Shown here: piece after piece, positions 23,431 through 37,036 of the stretch
Numbering within the stretch: position 1 is the stretch's first letter
Layout of the letters: every line of letters starts with the position of its first letter
From: Octopus bimaculoides
Taxonomy: Eukaryota
Direction of reading: 5' to 3'
NCBI RefSeq assembly: GCF_001194135.2
Contig: NC_068993.1
Coordinates: 21,548,196 to 21,591,091, forward strand
Length of the DNA stretch: 42,896 nt
Notes under the pieces: model-generated
Databases searched by the model: none
Seen by the model: only the letters and a program-made list of their open reading frames with translations
What the model was told of the DNA's origin: nothing
Made by a program: the position numbers and the translations under genes

Positions 23431-24749
23431 TAGAATACTTCTGCTATCTCCTTATTTATACTTTACTTTGTAGCTTTAGTTCTATATTCTTTCTGGATTC
23501 TCTTAAGATTGCGAATTCTTATATACCCTCAACATTATAATTTTTACTCTATCCTTTCAATACTACCAGTTTTTTATTTTATTTTATACTCAATCACCTG
23601 AATTATTTTTATTTATGCATCACTTTTAAACAAGGCTACATCCCAGACAATCGATTATCACTTTCCTTCTATTTGATATTTCTCAATTGTCTTACGTTTC
23701 TCTTTATCAATGGTATCATATATTAAATATATTATTTTCACTTACCTTCACTCAATTTTATATTATATACATCGCATTTTATTTTTATGTTGTTTGAATT
23801 TATTTTATGTATCTTTATGCTTTATGATTTCACTTTGCTTTTTGTATTATAAGATGTATTTTTATAGTTATATTCTTTAATTTTTATTGTATAACTTATA
23901 AGGCATGAACGTCAATCACTTTCTCTCTTGAACATCTTTTCCCTACAATTTACAATCAATTATCATTTCCTTTTCACTTTATTTATAGTATCATATATTT
24001 ATACGACATCCCTTACATTGCTATGTGCTCTACTATTTTTAATATGTCGTTTATTTTTATACTATTTTCTTTAATGTAACTTTTATTTAAAATTGTACTT
24101 TCGCATTTTTCCTTTTTGTATTTTAGGATGTATACTTATAGGTACAATCTATGTTTTATATCTTATAACTGGATAGGATAAATATCAAATACTAGCTACT
24201 AGTAACGTTATTTTATCTTTATTATGTGTATAATTAGGTGTGTGTGTGAGTGTGCGTGTGTGTGTGTGTATTTGTACGAGTGTCTATAAGTGGAATACAT
24301 TTAGTATGCATCTTGCTATCTTAAAACATTGTAACTTTTGAATGTGTGTGCCAATGTGCTGATGCTAATGCATGTTAGTGTATGTATTAATGTATGTCCA
24401 TAAGAGTGAGCCTGTATATGCGCGTGTATGTGTGAGAACATGTATGTATTTGTCTCTATAGGCATCGGCGTGCGTCCATATGTATAATATATATAGTGGG
24501 AGAATTGCAATTTTGCAAGTGTGAGTAAGGGAATGTTTTCATGTTAGTGTGTGCATTTGTGTATGTCGAGGGGTGCGTTGTTTCGATGGAATTGTAGGAG
24601 AAAGGGGCGGTTTAACTGAAAAGGTTGACATTCTTTAAAAAAATTCTATCTTAGTTCTATTGTCGCCACAAAAGTCATCAAATGGCTGATAGTTGTTCTG
24701 CGGTCAAAACCTTGATATGTAAGATAAATTCCAACCGGCTTTACTCAAA

Positions 24750-25012
24750 CTTTATTTTGACATATTGTATACCTTTTATTTAGATTTATTATGAAAACAT
24801 ACAGGAAATATCAAGTGAAAGCTATAAGTGTTCGCTCTATTTACATACTGTGACACACCCAAATGAACTCATCCCAAAACATTCATTTGGTCAATGGTGC
24901 CTTTGAATCATCCCATCTGAGGAAGCGAATGGACTATAGGGCTCTTACGTATTTCCATATATTACAGTATATATTACAGCATATATTACATAACATTGCC
25001 TGCATTGCATAA
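24750..25012 (-). repeat. Right arm of the ~250-bp inverted repeat
   Basis: Reverse-complement homologue of 21099-21349. Confidence 0.9.
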
Positions 25013-25622
25013 CGTTTAATGAGATATAGAATAAAAATATTGTCAGTTTAAAGGGACAATTTTAACGTCAATTTCACTTGCCGACACCACATTTAAATTA
25101 TGTCTTTTATCATTCACTCTGCTGCGATGTTTTGTAAGCCTGTTGTATCTTAACTTGGTGAGGTATAGTACTCCCGTTTATATCATTCGAAGTCTTACAA
25201 GTCTCTTTTTGAACAGGAATACTATGCTTGCCAAGATACGGCATGATGTGCTTATGAAGTTATAGCCAGGGCTATAATTATCTCCTCAATGTATATATAT
25301 TGGAGTAAATTTACAATACTACAATGGCAATGAAAACAAGATATATAATGATATCCAAGTATATATATATATATATATATNNNNNNNNNNNNNNNNNNNN
25401 NNNNNNNNNNNNNNNNNNNNNNNNNNNNNNNNNNNNNNNNNNNNNNNNNNNNNNNNNNNNNNNNNNNNNNNNNNNNNNNNNNNNNNNNNNNNNNNNNNNN
25501 NNNNNNNNNNNNNNNNNNNNNNNNNNNNNNNNNNNNNNNNNNNNNNNNNNNNNNNNNNNNNNNNNNNNNNNNNNNNNNNNNNNNNNNNNNNNNNNNNNNN
25601 NNNNNNNNNNTATATATATATG

Positions 25623-25701
<79 letters not shown>

Positions 25702-25791
25702 TAATAGCACTTAAATACATGGACTGTGCCCTTGTGCATGTGTGTGTACATGTATATACATTAAAAACAAAAATACAAATATTCGTTCCAG

Positions 25792-25830
25792 AGCTCGCTG
25801 TAGAGACAACGACTTTATATCGATTGGCAG
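25792..25830 (+). CDS. Candidate 39-nt exon, LAVETTTLYRLA (phase 1) or ARCRDNDFISIG (phase 2)
   Basis: attcgttccag| acceptor and GCAG|gtataa donor; the phase 1 reading joins 27679. Confidence 0.3.
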
Positions 25831-26115
25831 GTATAAGCACCGATTAGCAAACATGTATTTTCCTTCAAAGTATAGACAAATCCTTGATAATTTGCTGGAC
25901 TCAAAGGTCCGCCGTTGTTCTGGCTACATAGACACACTCCCAGTACACTCTGCACCAATGTGTCGATTGCACTATCATCATTAAAGAGGGAAAATTGTTC
26001 TTGACATACATACATTAAAGCGGCTAGTGTATTTTACAACTGAACCCACCTAGACTTATGAAGAATATGTATGCAAATATTGATTCCAGATATTGATGTA
26101 CACGGCGGAACAACA

Positions 26116-26161
<46 letters not shown>

Positions 26162-26334
26162 CTTACATACATATATATGTGTCTGTATGTATGCATATAT
26201 NNNNNNNNNNNNNNNNNNNNNNNNNNNNNNNNNNNNNNNNNNNNNNNNNNNNNNNNNNNNNNNNNNNNNNNNNNNNNNNNNNNNNNNNNNNNNNNNNNNN
26301 NNNNNNNNNNNNNNNNNNNNNNNNNNNNNNNNNN

Positions 26335-26427
<93 letters not shown>

Positions 26428-27266
26428 GAAAGTGAGGGGAAAGAAAGAGGGAGAAAGCGGGGGAGAGAGAGAGAGACAGAGAAAAGGAAAGATCTATGTG
26501 TGCCTATTCCGAGAATCGAATATTATTTTAAACTTATGGTAGTGAAATCAAAATGAAATGTGTACGAATTATGTAACCCACGTCTCAAAAGTAAAAATTA
26601 CAGCATTGCTTTAACTGAATTATATTTTATCTGGGAGGAACACTCCAAAGATCTTACAGGTCATATTTTTTCTTACATTTCTATACACCGTTATATAAAG
26701 TTGGTTCTTTGAGCGATGTTAATATAAATATGTAGGAACCAAAAGAAAAAATGATCTTGTATACAAAAAATTGTAAAACAACTTGTAAGCTGTCATATAC
26801 TATTTCCTTTTTCTTAGTTTATAAGAGTCATCTCTTAGAATCTAAATAATGCTCTCATTTTAAATATTGAATCATACTAACGCATATACAAATATCTATA
26901 CATATAAATGCATACATACTGTCATACATACAGATTCACTGATGAAGAATGTTTAGTTTTTCGGTAAACTAAGTTACCAGGTTAACTGAATTTCCGCGTA
27001 AGAGATGCTGTATTTAAAAGCAACTGCATTCTAAATGCAAAGCTAAAGCGAATCCCTGTTTGCGCAGTATAACATGGTTCTATCTATAAATTGCAAATTT
27101 AATATATTTAATGGGATTCTAACGTTTCTATCAACTTAATTTCACTCACATAGTGTAGAGGGACTCGTGGTCCCTCTATATCAGGAAATATCTGGAATAT
27201 ACACGCAGGTAAACACACATGCATATACACACACATACATATATTTAAATGAGTAAGTATGTGTGC

Positions 27267-27302
<36 letters not shown>

Positions 27303-27678
27303 ATGTGTGTGTTTATACGATTTTTAATATAGGAAAAAAGGTCAATTTTGAAAGGTGTGTGTGAGTAAATATTATCGACCTCAAAACATGGCAGATACTT
27401 TATTTTATCGATATGCAAAGTTGACCTGAGTGGATTTGATTTCAAAGAGGAAACTCAGAAAAGCGGAGGAAACACAGAAAAGCTTTCTCTGATACACTAA
27501 CGATTCTGTGAAGTTTCAAATCTTCAGTGTACACAAACACACACGCAACCACACGCGCAAACACACAAATATACACATATACACAAGTGTATTCTCAAAT
27601 GAAAAAATAGCACTCACTACACTTAGTTAAAAATGTATATATTTAAAGCACCATGTGTCACCACTACATTATTTATAG

Positions 27679-27815
27679 TTTTCTGGAAGAGAACAGGTCC
27701 ATATCAAATGTATAAAGCCGGAGTCAGGAAGGTTTTAAAGAGATTGAATATGGACTCTAGATTAGAGTATTTTGGCATCCATATGAAAACTGAGTTCATG
27801 TGCTTGCTTCACTAT
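27679..27815 (+). CDS. Candidate exon, FWKRTGPYQMYKAGVRKVLKRLNMDSRLEYFGIHMKTEFMCLLHY
   Basis: atttatag| acceptor, CTAT|gtaagc donor, 137 nt open in phase 1 to 0. Confidence 0.45.
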
Positions 27816-27951
27816 GTAAGCGACATCATTTCTTCCAGTGGATACACAACAACGAGGTTCAGTTACTCGGCATCCAGTAATATCAAGAATACCCATGCCT
27901 AGACTGTTATTCTGGGATATATATGTGTATACATATATATATATATATATA

Positions 27952-27983
<32 letters not shown>

Positions 27984-28759
27984 NNNNNNNNNNNNNNNNN
28001 NNNNNNNNNNNNNNNNNNNNNNNNNNNNNNNNNNNNNNNNNNNNNNNNNNNNNNNNNNNNNNNNNNNNNNNNNNNNNNNNNNNNNNNNNNNNNNNNNNNN
28101 NNNNNNNNNNNNNNNNNNNNNNNNNNNNNNNNNNNNNNNNNNNNNNNNNNNNNNNNNNNNNNNNNNNNNNNNNNNNNNNNNNNNNNNNNNNNNNNNNNNN
28201 NNNNNNNNNNNNNNNNNNNNNNNNNNNNNNNNNNNNNNNNNNNNNNNNNNNNNNNNNNNNNNNNNNNNNNNNNNNNNNNNNNNNNNNNNNNNNNNNNNNN
28301 NNNNNNNNNNNNNNNNNNNNNNNNNNNNNNNNNNNNNNNNNNNNNNNNNNNNNNNNNNNNNNNNNNNNNNNNNNNNNNNNNNNNNNNNNNNNNNNNNNNN
28401 NNNNNNNNNNNNNNNNNNNNNNNNNNNNNNNNNNNNNNNNNNNNNNNNNNNNNNNNNNNNNNNNNNNNNNNNNNNNNNNNNNNNNNNNNNNNNNNNNNNN
28501 NNNNNNNNNNNNNNNNNNNNNNNNNNNNNNNNNNNNNNNNNNNNNNNNNNNNNNNNNNNNNNNNNNNNNNNNNNNNNNNNNNNNNNNNNNNNNNNNNNNN
28601 NNNNNNNNNNNNNNNNNNNNNNNNNNNNNNNNNNNNNNNNNNNNNNNNNNNNNNNNNNNNNNNNNNNNNNNNNNNNNNNNNNNNNNNNNNNNNNNNNNNN
28701 NNNNNNNNNNNNNNNNNNNNNNNNNNNNNNNNNNNNNNNNNNNNNNNNNNNNNNNNNNN
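27984..28759. other. Largest assembly gap. Others: 3319-3584, 4636-4833, 6122-6552, 8116-8152, 8870-8922, 19548-19644, 20747-20974, 25381-25610, 26201-26334, 31236-31661
   Basis: N-runs, mostly bordered by (TA)n or (CA)n; adjacency across gaps is not guaranteed. Confidence 1.
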
Positions 28760-29365
28760 ATATATATATATATATAAGCAATGTTAATTCTCTAAATGAA
28801 GTATTAACAGTAACTGCACGATAAAGTGTAGTATATTGCCACTTAAGTGTGGCTGACCCCTAGGGGTGGATGTTACTGTTGCTTTTAGCCCCAGGATGAC
28901 ATCTCCTCCAGCTGGCTTATCGACACACGACTCAAGTGGCAATATACTACACTATATATATATATATTTCCTATTTCTCAACAACCTATGATATATTAAT
29001 CGCTTCTTTTCTTTCCTTAAGTCATAATAATATATACTACCTTCTCCCCCTATATTTGGTTGGTTCAATGTGTAACCGGTTATTTTGTATATTTGTTATC
29101 GGTTTCATAGCCATTATCTCAACATGTATTTCTAATCGGTATATGCTTACTACCTCTGAAGCGATTCATCTCATAATGATTTTAATTTTATAAATTAATT
29201 ATCTAAAATTTTCTGAATCGAAACAGCTGTCATTTTTTCCTTATTCTTTAAATATATGTATATGAACCACGATTCATATGGTAACCTTATAGTTGATCTT
29301 TCTATAGATTGGTAACTAACCAGTATTTTCATTGGATCTACGATCCGTTAATGAGGGCACCCCTT

Positions 29366-29449
29366 GCAAATTGATACTCAAACGAGTATATACTGCAAAT
29401 TTATACTCAAACGAGAATATACTGAAAATGTATACTCACACGAGTATTT
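29366..29449. repeat. Three tandem 29-bp units, each with an internal palindrome, next to a SINE fragment
   Basis: gcaaattgatactcaaacgagtatatact / gcaaatttatactcaaacgagaatatact / gaaaatgtatactcacacgagtattt. Confidence 0.85.
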
Positions 29450-29530
29450 CCATCTACCAAATCTACTCACAAGGTTTGGCTATAGTAGAAGACACTTGTC
29501 CAAGGTGCATCTCAGTGGGACTGAACCTAC
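29450..29530 (-). mobile_element. SINE family 1 fragment
   Basis: ctaccaaatctactcacaagg..tagtagaagacacttgtccaaggtgc..gggactgaacc, the same motif as 7260-7335. Confidence 0.7.
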
Positions 29531-30029
29531 GAAGCAAACAAAGCCACGCACACGCACACCCACAGTCACACATACACGTGTGTATGTGCGTATACATACA
29601 CCTTGAAATTTTAATTGGGTCACGACTAGAGTGTACCTGACAAGACGTACACCTGACAGGAAGAGATTAGGTCAGTTTTCCTATTCATCATGCTGCAGTA
29701 GTGATTTCCGTGGTTCTGGCGTCTCCAGACGAAGAGAAATGTAGGTATTTCATTTTCCACAAAAGTTCTACCTCTCTCAAACATATTGGGAAATTGTATT
29801 AATTTCTGTTGTCAGTCGGCAAACGTAATGTCAACCCTAACACATGTAATTTGGTGTGGTAAATTCATTTAGCCCTGCAACTAATAACTTGTAACTTTAA
29901 TGCCATACACTGCAAAATATCAACTTTTTGATGCCCACACTATCTCTGATTTACCGATTTAACGCATGAAGCATCCGCGCTAAAAACTAAAGCCATTGAA
30001 ATATTTACAGTTGCAGAACGTCGACTGAC

Positions 30030-30134
30030 TGACGTCAGCACCCCTAGGGCAGTTGATCATTCCAGGAAAACTGACGTCACTGAGAAATAACCACAGAACC
30101 AGAATTGACAAATGGTGACATAAATACTGTCACC
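30030..30134. promoter_or_regulatory. Pair of perfect CRE palindromes plus an inverted repeat
   Basis: TGACGTCA at 30030-30037 and 30072-30079; GGTGACA-taaatac-TGTCACC at 30114-30134. Confidence 0.4.
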
Positions 30135-31710
30135 TAGAAGCTAGTGTATATTTCTTGTAAATTTTATGCATTCTGAAACTAAATATCTGATATGAACGCA
30201 GTCTACGTTGAGGGAAACGTAAATACTGAGGAGTCAGATGAAACCTTTATTAACAAGCAATTACAAACACAAACATAGACATTCATTCACAAAAATCTCG
30301 TACATACATATGATATATATATATATATATACAAATATATATGTGTGAGTGTCCATATATATATATCGTGTGTGTATGTGTGATGAGAAGAAGACAGAGA
30401 AAATGATTTAACACGTCTTTAATGTTTCGCTACAACTGTTTCTGTACCAACTCTGTTCGCAACGGAAGTTACACAAAAATTCGATGATAAAATTTACGCA
30501 ATGTTTGCGGTTTTAGACATTAGAGAGGCACTTTATCAGACTTGCGTCAAAGGTGTGCTATTGCATTGTGCCTCTTCCAGACCTTGTTATATTATTCAGC
30601 CCGACTTCGAAATGTATTTGGTTACATGAAATGCTAACAGAGTTCGAAGTGTATACCATCAACAAAATATAAAAGTCAGTATGAATAGAATTAAAATAGA
30701 TATTACAATTAGCTTAACATTATACTGAGTCACTGCAAAGAATATTTAGCAACGATATCTATCTAAATTATTTATATAGATATGATAGATAGAAAAATAG
30801 ATAGATAGATAGACAGGCATATACATATATAACAGTGTACATGCAACACATACATTCGTATAGATTTGCATTTGTGTATGTATATGAGTATGAATTTGTC
30901 TTTGCACATGTGACTGACCATTTAAGAAAAATCCTCGAGCTCACCTATAATTAAATACATACGCATACGTTCATGTATATGCACGAGCGTTTCCATATTT
31001 ACTGTCGACAATTGTCAGCAACTGGTCTGACTCACATCCGTCTATATTTATACAGAACAATGTTCACATAAAGTTTTATTTCTAAAAAAGACAAAATCAG
31101 AAGTCACTAGACCTAACATCAACGACTCCAATAACGCCTACTCAGCAATATAGGTTACAACTCTCTCTCCCACTCTTCCACAAAACTTACACACACGCAC
31201 GCACACAAACACACACACACACACACACACACACANNNNNNNNNNNNNNNNNNNNNNNNNNNNNNNNNNNNNNNNNNNNNNNNNNNNNNNNNNNNNNNNN
31301 NNNNNNNNNNNNNNNNNNNNNNNNNNNNNNNNNNNNNNNNNNNNNNNNNNNNNNNNNNNNNNNNNNNNNNNNNNNNNNNNNNNNNNNNNNNNNNNNNNNN
31401 NNNNNNNNNNNNNNNNNNNNNNNNNNNNNNNNNNNNNNNNNNNNNNNNNNNNNNNNNNNNNNNNNNNNNNNNNNNNNNNNNNNNNNNNNNNNNNNNNNNN
31501 NNNNNNNNNNNNNNNNNNNNNNNNNNNNNNNNNNNNNNNNNNNNNNNNNNNNNNNNNNNNNNNNNNNNNNNNNNNNNNNNNNNNNNNNNNNNNNNNNNNN
31601 NNNNNNNNNNNNNNNNNNNNNNNNNNNNNNNNNNNNNNNNNNNNNNNNNNNNNNNNNNNNNTTTTGGATTTTGTCCCTAATATTATTATATATATATATA
31701 TATGTATATG

Positions 31711-31741
<31 letters not shown>

Positions 31742-31786
31742 TCATATGTATATGTGCATACACTAACATACATGTATATACATAAG

Positions 31787-31825
<39 letters not shown>

Positions 31826-34139
31826 GCATACTACACTACACTTGCACTGGTGCACTCATTTATACTGTAAATATTATCGTCCATTCATTATACTTTGGCA
31901 TTACTATTTCTAGTTATACAAACTTCGCTCCCCCCGCTCGCACTCTTCTTTCCCGTGATATATTAACAACGGAACGTAACGTTAGCGTACAAACTTTTAT
32001 CTTGTATATATTCTTGGATAAGCCTCTATGACTGTAAGTTCAGAGTGCAATTGAAATGTAATTTATCATCTATGATCCTTAGAAGATTTGTCATTGTTAA
32101 ATCACGAAGCACTATTCCGAGAAAAAATGCCTTGAACTGAAAAGTGTTATAAACAAAAAATGATCTGGAGGGCCCCCCCAGAATTGCAGAAAGTGATGTC
32201 AAGGTAGCAAAATGGAAACAAAACATACATATCAGTTACTGAATCTATAGACAAGATATAATGATATCTTAGAATCATATTTAAAAAAGTAATCTGACTT
32301 TGTGAGTTTATATTTATAGAAACAAATAAAATCATATTTTAGAGGAGTCCTAATTGTGCTTTTAAATTTATCCCTTTTCCTGGTCAAATAAACATCTATT
32401 TTTGTTATTTTTAGACAGTGACAAACGCTATTTTTAAGGAAACTTAAAATCCATTTTCATATTTTAAAATGGTTCATTTGATATATTAGATGAGTAGTCG
32501 ACATCAGATATTGTTCGTCAGCGCTCCGTGTCCGGCCCTGCCACTTTATCCAATCTAGAAAGTTAGTATTGATCACTTCAAGTCATAATAATGTATTTAT
32601 CGCATGTGAACTGTACATTACCCTCAGTATAGGTAAAACAAGATTTCCATTTTTGGTCAGATAGTATTGTTGATATGATTGAAATTGTTGTCAAAACAAG
32701 AATTTCTCATTCTACAATATCAAGTATTGTGTAATGTGGAACATCAGCTAGTATTTTTCAAATTATTAAATAACTACGTAATAAGTCAATAACTTTACCA
32801 TACCATTGACAGATCCTTAAGTAATAATTACATTAGCATGAAAGATTTATTTTTAATATTTAACAACAACATTACAAATATAATTATTAATAATAATTGT
32901 GATATAGAAATTCAGCGCAACCTATTACATATATAATACAGAAAGCTTATTCAATATGTTTAGAATGCATAGAATTGACTTGATGTATATGGACATACTC
33001 AAAATAATATAATCATAAATAATAATTAAACCTATTGTTTATTTGATATTTATACATAATTGTATATACTTAGTAGCAATTTAAAAAATCATTTTATGTA
33101 TATATCCAGAAATACATATTTCCAGCGTTGATTGTCGATCCGATAGTATTGAATTTTTACAACTAAACTAAACGTATGAAATCCAAATATTCTGGAAGAT
33201 GTAGTAAGATTTATCTCTAACACGCAAACTAGCGGATAAAGAATGTAACTACACATAGCAGAGGCATGATGAGTAGTCATGTAATGAAATATATAGGGGC
33301 AGTACTGGGAGATGTCCTGCTGTAAGAAATGAGGTTGGGGGATCAAGTAAGGAATGATAGAAAGGTGATGAAAAGGGTAAAAAAATGTAGCACCAAGTTC
33401 GAAGAGACGAGTAGGGACATGGTTATAACAATAAAGTGAAAATGCGTGATATTAGTTGCAACTCTCTGCTAACTAATATTCGTAAAATATATACAGAGGA
33501 TCTTCAAGTATCACAAAATCATTAAAAGTGGATTTTTGTTTACATGAATATGTGTCTTAGACAACTCAATATTTTACACACTATCGTAATTATATCCATC
33601 ATCTATTATTTAGAATTGAGCATTCAGTATCCCATTGCATTTTCAATTTTAGCAGTTCCCTTGATAAAGTAACATGTTTGATACACTCGTTAATCAGTAA
33701 TTGACATATTGGATAAGAGTGTACAAACAATGTCAAGTTTGCGTTGCATACATTTGAGGAAGATGGAAAACAGTGCTAAAAATGGATGAAAGCAACTAGG
33801 GATGACTCAAACTTTTATAAAGGAATTTGTGAATACTGGTGGCTAGAAGTGGAAACAGGATTGGTGAAACTCCGGAACATTCAGGGAAAGGAGTCTATCT
33901 ATCTATCTACCTATCTATCTATCTATCTATATATATATATATATATATATATATCTGTCTGTCTGTCTGTCTGTGTGTCTGTCTGTGTGTCTGTCTGTCT
34001 GTCTGTGTGTCTATCTGTCTGTCTGTCTGTCTGTCAACATTTATATTTTCAAGGCTGTGCTCTAGCATGACCACAATCAAATGACTGAAACAAGCAAAGG
34101 AATAAAAGAATATATATGTATGTATGCATATATAGACAT

Positions 34140-34174
<35 letters not shown>

Positions 34175-34399
34175 GCACACACACGCATACACAAATGCAC
34201 ACGTGACAGAAGTAAATAGACACCCTTATAATCGTTAAAATTTATTTACATTTAAAATTATACATTCAAATTACTTATTCATTATTATTATGTGAATATC
34301 TAATATTTAATAGACATGTCCGTTATATTTTTCAATGCAAGGAAACTATTGGACATGCTACTGATCAGATGACGAATATTCTCTAGCAGTAATCTCAAA

Positions 34400-35110
34400 A
34401 TATCTGGTTTTGAGGATATTTTCTTCTCTTTTTATGAAGTCTCCTGTACATTATGTTCCAGACTTGTTCAATAGGCATTGTATTTGATGACTTGCTTGGC
34501 TATGGAATCTTTTTGATGCCATTCTCTTCCAACTAATCTTGGGTCTTTTTAGCCGTGTAACAAGGAGCCCCATCTTCCATCAATAAAGAGTCCTCTTTAA
34601 CCATTTCAACACTGGAGAAAATTTAGAGGGAGTCCTTTCAGTAATATGGATACATATTTTGCTGAGTTTATGTTTCCCTCACACTCCACCAACTCCACCA
34701 TATTCTTAAACATATTCAATAAGAACATGCTTCATAAACATATTCTTAAACACCTCAGTAAAGTGTTTATGTTTATTGGGGGGGGGGGGTTACATATGCA
34801 CTTAATTTTTGTCTTTGCTCACATAAGTTGGGGTGACTTTCCAAAATATGTTTTAAACTTTTCGAATACAAGTAATTCATATTTCAGAACATATCATTTA
34901 ATTAGCATTTAGAAATGTATGCTTTGGGTTAATTTCCATTTAATTTGAATAAGAAGTTTCACTCTTCTGTATGAGATTGTTCAAAAATAAATTAATATTG
35001 TTTGTATCTTATTCTTTACTATAGTTCTCGCATTCATTAGAACTTCTGGCTAGAGATGTAATACAAAGCATTATTTTTCTCCCTTGACTAGGAGCACTGA
35101 TTGTTTTTAT
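34400..35110 (-). mobile_element. Tc1-like transposase remnant (DD34E)
   Basis: GVGELVECEGNINSAKYVSIL; LMEDGAPCYTAKKTQD*LEENGIKKIP*PSKSSNTMPIEQVW, with 34 residues between D and E. TIRs not identified; boundaries approximate. Confidence 0.8.
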
Positions 35111-35879
35111 TAGTTTTGTATCAATACACAAAGAACAGAATTCTGTATACAATGAATACAGCTAATTTAACAAGTTATGTATTTTAGGAAAACCAAAGAA
35201 AATAGATAATTAAATTAACATTTCAATAAATGTTGACCTCAGTTGATGAATTAATATTTTGTCAAGTTGCTATTTAGAAATTTAAAAACATTTGCCTATG
35301 GAATAAATTTATATTTAGAAATTTAAAAGAAAGGCAGCATTTCATTATGGATCTTTAAAATCCCACCCCGTCCAGTTTTGACTGTGATTCTTCAGCGTTT
35401 GAGAAAATACATAGTCAAATACTGGTTTGATTTAATAGCTAAACGCCTTGTGATATTTAGTTACTTAGCTAATTTTCTGGACAGAAATCTTGCGATATCC
35501 GTTTAGATTTCATGTTGCAGTTTTGATAACAACAAATATCAGTCAGTTACTGTAACATTACCCTAACACCTCAGAGCTTGTGACTAATTAAGAAGGATGT
35601 AGATATATATATATAGAGAAAGACAAAATAAGAAGAGGAATGAATAGCATTCTTTTGGTATACTGCTTACTTATCCTCTCAAAGTCCTATTCTGATATGG
35701 GAAAAGATTTGCTGGTGAAACCAATCGAAAATTTGCATATTCATCCTTACGTTAGATACCGATATTTAGTGGTATTTAGTGGATAGAATATGGGATTCTC
35801 GAAGAAATAACTGAAAATATTACACAAATATGCTATTAAGGTAATGTTATATTCTATTAAGACAGCAAGGTTAAACAGT

Positions 35880-36030
35880 ATTTCGTCTATCTTTACGTTC
35901 TGGGTTCAAACTCTGCCAAACTCGGATTCCCTTTCATCTTTCGAGTGTTGATAAAAGAAGTAACCGATTTAAACCCCCCCCCCCACACACACACCTAAAT
36001 GACTGACCTTGTGCCAACATTTGAAACTAC
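35880..36030 (+). mobile_element. SINE family 2, degraded
   Basis: ctttacgttctgggttcaaactctgccaaactcggattccctttcatctttcgagtgttgataaa. Confidence 0.7.
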
Positions 36031-36141
36031 TGATAGATTCTTTTAAGAAAAAACAAACAAACGAAAGGATGACTTGCAGTCAAATTTTAATGGTCTTAGA
36101 ATAGTACCTGTAAATATTTTGCTGACTTTTGAGTCAACAAA

Positions 36142-36210
<69 letters not shown>

Positions 36211-36215
36211 CATGT

Positions 36216-36500
36216 ATGGCCTAGTGGTTAGGGATTTGCACTAACGATCTCGAGATCGTGGTTTCAATTCCTGGACTAGGCGGTGCATTGTAATCTTGGG
36301 CAAAATATTTCATCTCACATTGATCTGCGATTCCTTGTGCACTTGACGCGTGGTACACCGTGCCCAGCTGTCGGGCTACGGTGATTTGTTGGTGAGAGTT
36401 AAGAGACTGAGCTAATGTACACAACATACATTTGATCACTATAAACAAATCACTTTTGCAGGCTGTTCGGAAAGAACTGAACGTTCATACGTCGTATTAG
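36216..36500 (+). mobile_element. tRNA-derived SINE
   Basis: A-box TGGCCTAGTGG and B-box GGTTTCAATTCC, followed by a non-tRNA body. Confidence 0.7.
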
Positions 36501-37036
36501 ATGGGAGACACCATCACACACATATATATGTAGTAGTTTGTCGTCTGTAGCTGAAACAGTTGAATGATATAATCTAGCAAGAAGTGTTATAGAGTAATCT
36601 CCCTTTAGTAAGTTTCTCGGAAGATTATATTTCATGAGAAGTCATTCTTAATTATTCAAGAAGCTTCGCATTTCTCTTGGAAGTTTCTAGAATGTCTAGC
36701 GTTCCATTAATAAAAACAATTTCCTTGCCCTGCTCTTTGTTTCTTTGTCGATTAGACTCAGAGCCATTCACGTCATTGCTATGTCAATCTATTTCTCTAT
36801 GCCACATTGCTAAAAACCACTATTTAGCTGTTATTTCTTTATTTCTGAACTTTCCTGCATAGATTATTTCATTCAATTAGTTTCTACATTTTGATTATGT
36901 TTCATCGACAACCAGTGAATAAAATATATTTTATGTAATAGATATATAGTTCTTAAATTTATTCTTCGTCTTTCTAAGAATTTTTCTAATAAGATACATG
37001 CAGCATTTCTAAACATATATTCACACTACATATATA

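Noticed and set aside
26939-26970. CTGATGAAGAA..TTCGGTAAAC hammerhead-like motif
   Set aside because: GAAA is disrupted, and there is no stem I or III and no PLE context.
28845-28935. GC-richer segment resembling a dispersed repeat end
   Set aside because: No second copy or protein motif in the window; cannot classify.
29366-29449. CRISPR-like array
   Set aside because: Contiguous tandem units without unique spacers, in a eukaryotic context with no cas genes.
30215-30250. CTGAGGAGTCAGATGAAAC hammerhead-like motif
   Set aside because: Stem II has no viable loop, and there is no stem III or cleavage triplet.
30410-30560. Minus-strand CTGATAAAG...CGAAAC
   Set aside because: G8 is missing and there are no abutting stems.
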